A stretch of 64,000 bases of DNA from positions 11,408,001-11,472,000 of the forward strand of contig OZ024742.1 of NCBI GenBank assembly GCA_964016885.1, written 5' to 3'. The position numbers and the translations under genes were made by a program. Positions 12,590 to 26,200 of the stretch are shown one piece after another; the first letter of the stretch is position 1; the number at the start of each line of letters is the position of its first letter. Below the pieces are notes generated by a model. It had not been told where the DNA came from, made no database searches, and saw nothing but the letters and a program-made list of their open reading frames with translations. Source of the DNA: Eledone cirrhosa. Its lineage: Eukaryota.

Positions 12590-13470
12590 CCCATAAAATC
12601 CCTAATTAGTAGAATATATCCTTTTGAAAAAAAACCCTGCACTGTTAAGGAATGTATAGTCTGCGAATGAAGTCCACAAATTGACTATGAAACAAGGAAC
12701 GTAGTATATAGCATAGGAGAACTCCAAGAAGGGAAGAACTAACCAGTACTCCACCAACTTGCCAAAATGGAACATAAGGGCACACTAGAGAAAATAGAAA
12801 TAAAAATTATATCCACACACAGAAAAGACACAATGCTCCGACAAATTACAGAAGTGACGAACATAAAGGAACTCCAACCAAAGTTAAACAGAAAACATGA
12901 GTGGAATAGCAACATTACAACTAGTAATTAAGGAGTAGATAAAGACATAGAGACACAAAAGAACCAAACTAATAAAACAAACCAGACACACACAGATAGA
13001 ACAAACAACCAATTAGTGACAAGTAAAACATTCGATCGACTTTCGTCAAATCAGACCGAGGAAACACTGTTTCCGTTGGTCTTTCCAATTGCTAATACTG
13101 TCTATCGGTCGCAACTCCAGGTAGAAAGTGACAAGTAAATAAACGTATAAATAAATAAATAAATAAACACATACCCAAATTTAACGCATGTGCAACACAA
13201 GTACACAACAAACAGCTTACACAAACAAAGGAGAGACACAAAATAACAAATTAGTCACTGAGGAGGTCACAGAATGTGTGACGAAAGTGTTTTAACAATA
13301 CGCAAATAAACAAATATCTGGTTATTAAACTAACCAACTGGAAATTTATAATAAATTGAAATATTTACAGGTGCGCGTGTTTTTATTAGCAACATGACCC
13401 TCCCAAGTTATAACAACATGACCCTCCCAAATTATAACAACATGAGCCTCCCAAATTATAACAATATTTG
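12590..13470 (+). mobile_element. Penelope-like element remnant (GIY-YIG endonuclease end, 3' region with hammerhead)
   Basis: Remnant C..C...TRNVVYSI, then PVLHQLAKMEHKG..IKIISTHRKDTMLRQITEVTNIKELQPKLNRKHEWNS..*, typical of PLE GIY-YIG C-termini. A hammerhead core lies at 13258-13292. A ~25-bp unit (ACATGACCCTCCCAAATTATAACA) is triplicated at the end. Confidence 0.75.
13251..13298 (+). ncRNA. Degenerate minimal hammerhead motif
   Basis: CTGAGGA-G-GTCACA(gaatg)TGTGAC-GAAA-GTGTTT. Stem II is perfect; stems I and III are mutated. Confidence 0.6.
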
Positions 13471-14079
13471 TTTCAACAAACGTTTTCAGATGAAACATTT
13501 TGCAAAACAAATACAAAATTTGAATTATATATATAATTCAAATTATAAGATATATGTATATATACACTGAAACACATAACGTACATATGTATGTTATTAT
13601 AATTTAACTTAGTATACACACACATACACATATATGTGTAAGTATGTATGTATATATTCATGAATGCGTGTGTAAAATTCCCGATATACATGAAAATGAA
13701 AAACATGTCATGTTTCATTCGAATTACATCATTAATCACATTCAGGGATTGAACAAAAAAAGAAATAGAATTTCTGTTTATTCAAAACTGAAATTTAATA
13801 ATGAATGTTTGTGCCAAGATTTTCCTTAATATTTTGATAGGGAGTGGGTAGTTTAAAATCATTTTAAAGCATACTGTCACCAAATGTTTTCAATAATTCA
13901 AGGTCCAATTAGTAATATTGTTCCTCAATTTCCGTAAATAATATTTATTTCATTTTTTAATTTCTGAAATCCTACTTTTGACTTCCTGATTTGCTTCAAT
14001 TTTTCTATTTTTTCTACAGGATTCTTGTGATCGTGAATTGGTTGATTAAACATTCCTCGGTAATTTTATATAGTTCACT

Positions 14080-14155
14080 GCGCTCTGAGTTCAAATTCCG
14101 CCGAGGTCAACTTTACCGTTCATTCTTTCAAGTTTGAGAAATAAAGTATCAATAC
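14080..14155 (+). mobile_element. Degenerate tRNA-SINE fragment (further fragments near 12205-12245 +, 14910-15030 -, 18130-18200 +, 20115-20260 -)
   Basis: CTGAGTTCAAATTCCGCCGAGGTCAACTTT matches the B-box region of the 2494-2673 SINE. Confidence 0.7.
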
Positions 14156-14199
14156 TAGAGCTGAGAGATATCGCAGCTCCGATATTATGGGCATGTTCT

Positions 14200-14700
14200 T
14201 AGAATGTCCCAGGAAAAAATCGCGGGATTGATTTTATGGGCAAAACCAACCAACAGGAGACCCAAGAGTAGAGCTCGGCTAATATTGTTTGGGGATCCAG
14301 GCGGATCAATTCGAGAGGCTGCTTTTAACAAGACCTGCTGGGAGGTGCTTTGAGATGTATATATCCGAGAGGTCTTTCATGGATTCCACATACCGTTGAA
14401 TATCTTATTAACATTTTGAGGTATAAATCTTATGTTGCTCAACATTAAGTCTGCCCAGTCTTGTTGTCCAGACATTGTAATTTCTGGGATATTTACATCT
14501 TAAATGATAACAAATTTTTTAAAACCCTTTGCGCTTCTATAACAAAACATATTTAGCCTATATTAAATATACTTTAATATAGAAGGAAACCACCCTAGCC
14601 CTCCTTCAATTAAAACCATAGTTATACTACCACTACACCAAACTAATCATGTCATGGAGTGAACTAATCTATAAAAACCATAAGAAGTCTGATATATCTT
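14200..14700 (-). mobile_element. Highly degenerate CR1-like LINE 3' fragment
   Basis: Minus-strand remnants RLNMFCYR.. and RLGRL.. resemble CR1-group ORF2 C-termini. Heavily disrupted. Confidence 0.4.
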
Positions 14701-15189
14701 TTTTATTGTCATCAATTATAATATTTACTTTGATTGTTCATCAATGTCTAGAAATTAATAATTACATCAAATTGATTTCATGAAGACACGTTAGAACTTT
14801 TGTTTATTCAAATAAACGTCCATCTAGAGAAGACTTGTGAACTAAAATTTGTTTCAAATTATTTCTAGAATTTACGAATCACACCACGACATGTATAAAT
14901 AATTGTGTCTATTTTTGGCACAGGGCCAGCTATATGAATGGGAAGAGAAAGTCGATCAAATCGACCCCAGTTTGTTGCAGGTACTGAAATCAAAGCTAAG
15001 CTCAACAGGATTTGAACTCAAAACGAAGGGATTAGTGCAAGTTTATGTTGTATGTGTCGAGTAAATGAAATAAGAGGACAAGCTGTGGTATTAGTTGTTG
15101 TTGAGAATATGTTTTTATCTGACTCTGTGTAGCTAGGGATTCGGTGAGAAACTATGCCTTCTGATATCAATAATGGTATATAATGTTTT

Positions 15190-15260
15190 TATGGAGGGGT
15201 TCCCTGAGACATGAATTCTATTTCAAGGGATGCACAAGAGTAAAAGTTTGAGAAACGCTG
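15190..15260. mobile_element. Right end of a hAT (Charlie/Buster-like) non-autonomous DNA transposon
   Basis: Ends AAAAGTTTGAGAAACGCTG (TIR CAGCGTTTCTCAAAC), followed by GTCTAGAT, which fits the NTCTAGAN target consensus. No left end was found. Confidence 0.45.
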
Positions 15261-16299
15261 GTCTAGATTGTTAAATTGGTTGTTTTATTAGAATGTCAGA
15301 TGAGATGCCTTGCAGTATTTGTTTAGCGTTCTTTGTGTTTTGAGATTCTGGGTGGTAGACTTAATCTGCCGCTTTGTTTAACAGTATCAGGTGGTCCTGG
15401 GGTGCCTTTAGTATTTCAGTTAGATATCCTGTTAGAAATGTCCTTCCTTCTTCCCACCAATCTAGAAATCCATAAAATCAAAATAGTTACCACCATTTAT
15501 AGGTTTCGGAGAACATGGAATAATTTCTAGTATTTAAAGAAGTGTCGGATGCTTTTATTAGGTATGCCACCTACATCGATTCTATGACAACAGAAACGGG
15601 TGACAAAATAAAATTGGGTTAAGAGGAAGGAAAGAGATGAAAAGTGTGCGAAAAAAAACCCAAACAAAAAATATTTGTTTACTCTAAAAAGTAATTTTGT
15701 TGCTTTTTCGCTTGAAATCACCGTTGGATCAATTTAGTCAATTTCCACTGTTGTTCTAGGATATATTTCCATAACATATAATAGAATTCTTTAACAAGAA
15801 AATGATGATATACGTACTTCATATCATTAAACATTTGCTTTTGTGAGCTTTCTCTTATCTCCTTGCATTTAAAACCTTTTTTCTTTTGGCTTTAGATTTT
15901 GCGTTGTTTGTTTTCCGGCTTTTGCCCACATAATTCCTTTCGTCTGTACATCTTAATGGAATGTCTAATTGTCTTATTTCTTTTTAGTTTTAAAGCTAAC
16001 AATTTTCTCATGAGCTGTAAAGAGAATCCTGCTCGGATTGTAACAAATATTTAAGTGAAATTGTTTGGAACCATCAAAGAAACAAGATAGAGATCTTACA
16101 ATATTGATTACAGTTTTAAAACATGATAAAAACACTCCTTAGTGAAAAAGATGTTTCACTGAAATCTTAACAAAAAATCTAAGAGAATCTAAAATTTTGA
16201 AGTAAATAAAAAATGGGAAGACAACAAATGGAATAAAACAGAAAATTATAAAAAAAAACCAGGTTTTTAAACTTGAAAAAGTAAGATATATAATAAAGA

Positions 16300-17135
16300 A
16301 ACATACACACACGTACAGACACTAGCATACATGCATGAATATTACACATACACACACAGACACACACATACATATATACAAACACATACACATAAAAAAA
16401 CACACTTGCACACACACACACATACACTAGCATGCATACATACATAAATATTACACATAAACATACACATATACAAACACATACACATAAAAAACACTTG
16501 CACACACACACATACACATAAACACATACACACACACACGCACACACTCATACACATACACACTGTCTCTCTCACACATACACACTCACGCACACACACA
16601 CACACAAACACATACACTCTGTCTCTCTCTCTCTCACAAACACACACTCTATCTCTCTATCTCTCACACACACAAACACACACAGTCTCTCTCTCTCTCA
16701 CACACACACAAGCACACACACTCTATCTCTCTCTCTCTCTCTCACACACACACAAACACACAGAGTCTATCTATCTATCTCTCTCTCACACACACACAAA
16801 CACACACTCTCTATCTCTCTCTCTCGCACAAACACACAAACACACACACTCTGTCTCTCTCTCTCTCACACACACACACACAAACACACACACTCTGTCT
16901 CTGTCTCTCTCTCACACACACACCCAAACACACACAGTCTATCTATTTCTCTCTCTCTCTCACACACACACAAACACACACACTCTATCTCTCTCTCTCT
17001 CTCACAAACACACAAACACACACACTCTGTCTCTCTCTCTCACAAACACACACACAAACACAGCCCGCCTCTCTCTCTCTCACACACACCCCGCCTCTCT
17101 CTCTCACACACACTCCGTCTCTCTCTCTACACACA
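16300..17135. repeat. Compound (CA)n/(CT)n low-complexity repeat with a ~35-40-bp secondary period
   Basis: Alternating CT and CA tracts separated by AAACACAC. A ~110-bp block is duplicated within 16310-16520. Confidence 0.85.
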
Positions 17136-17259
17136 ACAAAACCAATGATATATTTGTAGTAATTAAGTTATAATAACAACGAAAATATAAACAAACAAAC
17201 AGAAACAATGGAGGCCAGAGAAATGTTTTGATGTTTTTTAAAAATAAACTACAATATAT

Positions 17260-17410
17260 TGGAGATGTTATTGATGTTTAATCCCAGAACGGACTTATGA
17301 TAAATGTCTGACCCCGTAATGACAACTCCCCTCGGATTTACAGGGTAGCTACCAGAATTATTTAATAGAGTAGTCCCCGTGTTTATATTAAATAAACAAC
17401 AACAACAAAA
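17260..17410 (+). mobile_element. Possible LINE 3' end with a (CAA)n tail
   Basis: AATAAA is immediately followed by (CAA)n. The upstream sequence loosely resembles CR1-type termini. Confidence 0.3.
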
Positions 17411-19065
17411 CTGTGATGCTGTTGGAAGAAGATTTGATATTTGGCTGCTATTTCTAGCTATAAGAAACAAATATAAGGTCAATGGCCTTTGATAACATTG
17501 TGAGATTTTCTATACTAGCATAAAAAGCACCCTTCGGGTGGTTTTCTGCTAGCATGTGTAGTGTGTATATTGATAATATACACAAGTATATATGCATGTA
17601 GATATGATACATCAAATAAAATCGTAATTGACAATATACACAGAAATTGAATGAAGACTGAGTTACACTGTCTTATTTAATCAGTAACGTAGTCCATGAT
17701 ACATTAAAAAGACGATATTATATATAAACTGCATTAGGAGAAAATTAGTGACGGAAATATATGAATGTTTATTTAAGCGATCGATAACCGGAAGTGTTGA
17801 CATTTGAAAAGTTTAAAGAAGTGAATCTTTAAATAAACAATAAAATATATTTAATCAACAGCTACGAAATTTAGATAAATTATGTAATATTCATTCATTA
17901 TTTATTCAAGGTAATTCAACTTATTTTAATAACTGGATTAAAAGAAATAAACCGTTCGCAGTCCCGCACTCCTTACTTTATTATAGTTTAGATTGATTAA
18001 ATGATCTAATGTGACTCTCCGAATTGGAGATTTAAATATGCCTTAGAAACGCCATATGTCATTCGATGTCCCTACGACTCCAACCAGAGTTACGGGACAA
18101 TGCAAGCATGTTAAGTGTTTAGAGAGATGTATATTTGTGCTGGGTCTCTGCTTTCTGAGTTCAAATCCCACCAAAGTCCACTTTGTCTTTCTTCCTTAAA
18201 AGGACAATAAAGAAAATGTCCCAACCATCTCTTCTTCCTGTTGTCATGTCTGGTCATGGATGTTTCTCTGGATCAATGAAAGGAGAATCGAGAGCATTTC
18301 TGTGTCTCCACGTGACTCCATCGGGCCATAAAACTCTCAACGAAACCATACTACACGTCATACTCAATGGTGAGTGATAGTGAGTAATACAAAACACACA
18401 GACACACCCACAAACACACATACTCTTTCTCTCACACACTCTTTCTCACACAAAAACTCTCTCTCACAAACACACATACTCTATCACTCTCTCTCTAACA
18501 CACACATACACACACACACACATTCTCTCACACACAAACACACACGCCCTCTCTTTTACACATTATCTCCCTCTCGCTATCTCTGACACACATATATATA
18601 TATACATATTTACATAATTACATACATACATACATACGCCAACACATGAAAAACTGCCTTAGTCTTTAAATTTACATCTGATAAATATTTTCATATCAAT
18701 TTGAAATATTCAACATACTGAAATATATTAACCCCCCCCCCCCCCCCCTAAATAATAAAAAATAATAAGTTTCTTGTGGAATAAAATTTAAGTAAATATG
18801 GCCCCGAGTTGTAACAGAGTAAGGCTATCGAACTTTTTGGAGTTTCGAATTCTTTGATGTTCGACAATGTTTGTAGAAATTTGTTGCTGTGATGCTGGGG
18901 AAATAAATATTCGCAGCCATGTTAAATAAATCATGGAAGAAAACTTTGGCTATATTCTCAAATTTCATACAACGGCAAGGATATGTATGTATGTTGTTTT
19001 TTGAATACATATAAACGCGCACATATAAATATATATAATGTATATATATATATATATATATATAA

Positions 19066-19109
<44 letters not shown>

Positions 19110-19151
19110 GTATATTATATATATATATGTGTATATATATGTACCTGAATA

Positions 19152-19306
<155 letters not shown>

Positions 19307-19463
19307 CAGTATTTACGTATCGAGAAAGAGAAAAAAGGGGAGGATAGGTGATACATATAGTTGTTTGCCAAGTCTATTCTCCGATTTTTTACTTTCCCAC
19401 GTATATATATATATATATATAAACATAAATATTCATATATATTTATTTATTTAAGAGTGTATG

Positions 19464-19541
<78 letters not shown>

Positions 19542-19586
19542 AATACATACATACTTAAATAAATAAATATATATATGAATATTTAT

Positions 19587-19635
<49 letters not shown>

Positions 19636-19752
19636 TATTTAAGTACATATATATACATATTCATGTGTATATATATATAAACATATATATTTATATAAAT
19701 AGATATATATGTGTATTGCATATACATGTATGTATACCTACACAGACACTCA

Positions 19753-19826
<74 letters not shown>

Positions 19827-20263
19827 ATATAATATATATATATGTGTGTGTGTGTGTGTGTAAAGGTAGACAGAAAGAAAACATGAACACACACATCCGC
19901 GTATCCTATCCAGAAATGTGTCTACAGCTAAAATACTAGCATTGATTGTTTATGGAGTGTTTGCTGTGGATTAGTTAAAATAGAAGATCAATCCGACAAG
20001 TTTGTCCTCGTGTAACTCTATAATCATCCAGAGGAAGACAGAGAGAGAGAGAAAGAGAGAGAGAGTGAGAGAGAGAGAGAGTGACACAGGAAATGAAATA
20101 GAAATATCAAACAAGAATTATCCCCAGTTTGGGACTGGTACATTTTTTTGTATGTTTTTGTCGACCTCGAAAGTATGAAAGTTAAAGTTGACCTCAGCAG
20201 GATTTGAGCGAAGAGACGAATATACCCGGGCCGAATAGCACAAACCATTCTATCTTCTAGATA

Positions 20264-23200
20264 GTGTAACAGCACCTCTACACCTCCACTCCACCTCCAG
20301 CCCTCCTGCGCCACAACAGCACCAGTACACCTCCACTCAACCTCCAGCCTTCGTACTACACAACAGTACCACCACTACACCTCACTCCACCTCCAGTCCT
20401 ACTGCTACACAACAGCACCACTACACCTCCACTCCACCTCCAGTCCTACAGCTACACAACAGTACCACCACTACACCTCCACTCCACCTCCAGTCCTCCT
20501 GCTACACAACAGTACCACCACTACACCTCACTCCACCTCCAGTCCTACTGCTACACAACAGCACCACTACACCTCCACTCCACCTCCAGTCCTACAGCTA
20601 CACAACAGTACCACCACTACACATCCACTCCACATCCAGCTACACAACAGTACCACCACTACACCTCCACTCCACATCCAATCCTCCAGCTATACAACAG
20701 TACCACCACTACACCTCCACTCCAACACAAGTCCTCTTCCTACACAACAGTACAAACACTACACCTCCACTCCACCTCCATCCCTCTAGCTACACAACAG
20801 TACCACCACTACACCTCCAATCCAACCCTCCTGCTACACAACAGCACCACCAATACACCTCCATTCCACCTCCAGCCCTCCAGCCCTCCAGCTACACAAC
20901 AGTACCACTACACCTCCATTCCACCTCCAGCGCTCCTACTACACAACATTACCACCACTACACCTCCACTCCAACACCAGTCCTCTTCCTACACAACAGG
21001 AACACCACTACTCCTCCACTCCACCTCCAGCACTCCTGCTACACAAAAGTACCATTACTACACCTCCACTCCACCTCCAGTCCTCCTGCTACACAACAGT
21101 ACAACCACTACACCTCCACTCCACTTCCAGCCCTCGTGCTACACAACAGTACCACCACTACACCTCCACGCGACCTCCAGCCCTCCAGCTACAAAACAGC
21201 GCCAACACTGCACCTCCACTCCACCTCCAGCCCTCCTCCTACACAACAGTACAACCACTACACCTCCACTCCACCTCCAGCCGTCCTGCTATACAACAGT
21301 ACCACTACTACATCTCCCCTCCACCTCCAGCCCTCCAGCTACACAACAGTACCACCACTCCAACTCAACTCCACCTCCAGCCCTCCAGCTACACAACAGT
21401 ACCACTCCACCTCCACTCCACCTCCAGCCCTCCTGCTACACAACAGTACCACCACTACACCTCCACTCCACCTCCAGCCCTCCAGCTACACAACAGTACC
21501 ACTACACCTCCACTCCACACCCAGCGTTCCTACTACACAACATTACCACCACTACACCTCCACTCCAACACCAGTCCTCTTCCTACACAACAGGACCACC
21601 ACTATTCCTCCACTCCACCTCCAGCACTCCTGCTACACAAAAGTACCATTACTACACCTCCACTCCACCTCCAGTCCTCCTGTTACACAACAGTACAACC
21701 ACTACACCTCCACTCCACCTCCAGCCCTACTGCTACACAACAGTACCATCACTACACCTCCACTCCACCTCCTGCCCTCCAGCTACACAACAGCACCAAC
21801 ACTACACCTCCACTCCACCTCCAGCCCTCCAGCAACACAACAGTACCACCACTACACCTCCAATCGTACAGCTACACAACAGTACCACCACTACAACTGC
21901 ACTCCACCTCCAACCCTCCAGCTACACAACAGTAGCACCACTACACCTCCACTCCACCCCCAGCCCTCCTGCTACACAACAGTACAACCACTACACCTCC
22001 ACTCCACCTCCAGCCCTACTGCTACACAACAGTACCATCACTACACCTCCACTCCACCTCCTGCCCTCCAGCTACACAACAGCACCAACACTACACCTCC
22101 ACTCCACCTCCAGCCCTCCAGCAACACAACAGTACCACCACTACACCTCCAATCGTTCAGCTACACAACAGTACCACCACTACAACTGCACTCCACCTCC
22201 AACCCTCCAGCTACACAACAGTAGCACCACTACACCTCCACTCCACCCCCAGCCCTCCTGCTACACAACAGTACAACCACTACACCTCCACTCCACCTCC
22301 AGCCCTCCAGCAACACAACAGTACCACCACTACACCTCCAATCGTACAGCTACACAACAGTACCACCACTACAACTGCACTCCACCTCCAACCCTCCTGC
22401 TACACAACAGTAGCACCACTACACCTCCACTCTACCTCCAGCCCTCCATCTACACAACAGTACTACCACTACACCTGCACTCCACCTCCAGATCTGCTGC
22501 TACACAACAGTACCACCACTACACCTCCACTCGAACTCCAGTCCTCCAACTACACAACAGTACCACCATTACACCTCCACTCCACCTCCAGTCCTCCAGC
22601 TATACAACAGTACCACCACTACACCTCCACTCCACCTCCAGCCCTCCTGCTACACAACAGTTCCACCTCTACACCTCCACTCCACCTCCAGCCCTCCTGC
22701 TACACAACAGTTCCACCTCTACACCTCCACTCCACCTCCAGACCTGCTGCTACACAACAGTACCACCACTACACCTCCACTCTACTTCCAGCCCTCCAGC
22801 TACACAACAGTCCCACCACTACACCTCCACTCCCCTCCCGCCGTCCTGCTACACAAAGTACCACCACTACACCTCCACTCCACTACAGCCCTCCTGCTAC
22901 ACAACAGTACCACCACTACACCTCCCCTCCACCTGCAGCCCTCCAGCTACACAACAGTACCACCACTACACCTCACTCCACCTCCAGCCCTCCTGCTACA
23001 CAATAGTACCACCACTACACCTCCCCTCCACCTGCAGCCCTCCAGCTACACAACAGTACCACCACTACACCTCCCCTCCACCTGCAGCCCTCCAGCTACA
23101 CAACAGTACCACCACTACACCTCACTCCACCTCCAGCCCTCCAGATACACAACAGTACCACCACTACACATGCAGTCCACCTCCAGCCCTCCTGCTACAC

Positions 23201-26200
23201 AACAGTACCAACACTACAACCCCCCTTCACCTCCAGCCCTCTAGCTACACAAAAGTACCACCACTACACCTCCACTCCAACCCTCTGCTACATTACAGTA
23301 CCACCACTACACCTCCACTCCACAGGCAGCCCTCCAGTTACACAACAGTACCACTACACCTCCACTCCACCTCCAGCACTCCTGCTACACAACAGTACTA
23401 CCACTACACCTCCACTCCACCTCCAGCCCTCCTGCTACAGAAAAGTACAACCACTACACCTCCACTCTACTTCCAGCCCTCCAGCTACACAACAGTACCA
23501 CCACTACACCTCTACTCCGCCTCCAGCCCTCTATCTACACAACAGTACAACCACCACACCTCCATTCCACCTCCAGCTCTCCAGCTACACAACAGTACTA
23601 CCACTTCACCTCCACTCCACCTCCAGCCCTCCATCTACACAACAGTACCACCACTACACCTCCACTCCACCTCCAGCCCTCCTGCTAAACAACAGTACCA
23701 CCACTACACCTCCACTCCACCTCCAAACCTCCTGCTACACAACAGTACCACCACTACACCTCCACTCTACCCCCAGCCTGCCAGCTACACAACAGTCCCA
23801 CCACTACACCTCCACTCCACCTCCAGCCCTCCTGCTACACAACAGTAACCACGACTACACCTCCACTCTACCTCCAGCCCTCCAGCTACACAACAGTACC
23901 ACCACTACACCTCACTCCACACCAGCCCTCCAGCTACACAACAGTACCACCACTACACCTCCACTCCAACCCTCCTGCTACACAACAGTACTTCCACTAC
24001 ACCTTCACTCCATTTCCAGCCCTCCTGCTACACAACAGTACCACCACTACATCTCCACTCCAGCTCCAGTCCTCCAGCTACACAACAGTAACCACGACTA
24101 CACCTCCACTCTACCTCCAGCCCTCCAGCTACACAACAGTACCACCACTACACCTCACTCCACACCAGCCCTCCAGCTATACCACAGTAACACTACTACA
24201 CCTCCATTCCACCTCCAGCCCTCCTGCTACACAACAGTACTTCCACTACACCTTCACTCCATTTCCAACCCTCCTGCTACACAACATTACCACCACTACA
24301 CCTCACTCCACCTCCAGCCCTCCTGCTACACAACAGTACCATCACTACAACTCCACTCCACCTCCATCCCTCTAGCTACACAACAGTACCACCACTACAC
24401 CTCCAATCCAACCCTCCTGCTACACAACAGCACCACCAATACACCTCCACTCCACATCCAGCCATGCTGCTACACAACAGTACAACCACTAAACCTCTAT
24501 TCCACATCCAGCCCTCCTGCTATACAACAGTACCAATACTACATCTCCACTCCACCTCCAGCTCTCCAGCTACACAACAGTACCACCACTACATCTCCAC
24601 TCCAACCCTCTGCTACACAACAGTACAACCACTAAACCTCTATTCCACATCCAGCCCTCCTGCTATACAACAGTACCAATACTACACCTCCATTCCACCT
24701 CCAGCTCTCCAGCTACACAACAGTACAACAACTACACCTCCACTCCACGTCCAGCCCTCCTGCTACACAACAGTACCACCACTACACCTCCAGCCCTCCA
24801 GCTACACAACAATACCACCAATACACCTCCACTCCACTTCCAGTCCTCTTGCTACACAACAGTACCACCACTACAACTCCACTCCACCTCCAGCCCTCCA
24901 GCTACACAACAATACCACAACTACACCTCCACTAAACCTCCAGTCCTCTTGCTACACAACAGTACAACTACTACACCCCCACTCCACCTCCAGCCCTCCT
25001 GCTACACAACAGTACCACCGCTACACCTCCACTCCACCTCCAGCCCTCCAGCAAAACAACTGTACCACTACACCTCCACTCCACCTCCAGCCCTCCTGCT
25101 ACACAACAGTACCACCACTACACCTCCACTCCACATCCAGCCCTCCTGCTACAAAACAGTACCACCACTACACCTCCACTCCAACCCTCTTGCTACACAA
25201 CAGTACCACCACTACACATCCACTCCACCTCCAGCCCTCCAGCTACACAACAGTACCACTACACCTCCACTACACCTCCAGCCCTCCTGCTACACGACAA
25301 TACCACCACTACACCTCCACTCCACATCCAGCCCTCCAGCTACACAACAGTACCACCACTACACCACAACTACACCTCCAGCCCTCCTGCTACACAACAG
25401 TACCACCACTACACCTCCACTCCCCATCCAACCCTCCTGCTACACAACAGTACCACCACTACACCTCCACTCCCCATCCAACCCTCCTGCTACACAACAG
25501 TACCACCACTACACCTCACTCCACCTCCAGTCCTCCTGCTACACAACAGTACCAGTACTACACCTCCACTCCCCATCCAACCCTCCTGCTACACAACAGT
25601 ACCACCACTACACCTCACTCCACCTCCAGTCCTCCTGCTACACAACAGTACCAGCACTACACCTCACTCCACCTCCAGTCCTCCTGCTACACAACAGTAC
25701 CAGCACTACACCTCCACTCCCCATCCAGCCCTCCAGCTACACAACAGTACCAGCACTACACCTCCACTCCACCTCCAGCACACCTAGTACACAACAGTAC
25801 CACCACTGTCCCTCCACTCCACCTCCAGCTACACAACAGTACCACCACTACACCTCCACTCCACCTCCAATCCTCCAGCTATACAACAGTACCACCACTA
25901 CACCTCCACTCCAATTCCATTCCTCTTCCTACACAACAGTACAACCACTACACCTCCAACCACCTCCATCCCACCTGCTACACAACAGTACCACCACTAC
26001 ACCTCCGCTCCAACCCTCCTGGTACACAACAGAACCACCACTACACATCCACTTCACCTCCAGCCCTGCTGCTACACAACAGTACATCCACTACACCTCA
26101 ACTCCACCTCCAGCCCTCCTGCTATACAACAGTACCACTACTGCATCTCCACTTCACCTCCAGCCCTGCTGCTACACAACAGTACATCCACTACACCTCA

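Noticed and set aside
17787-17796. Promoter at the ETS motif ACCGGAAGTG
   Set aside because: It is a single short motif with no linked gene or other support.
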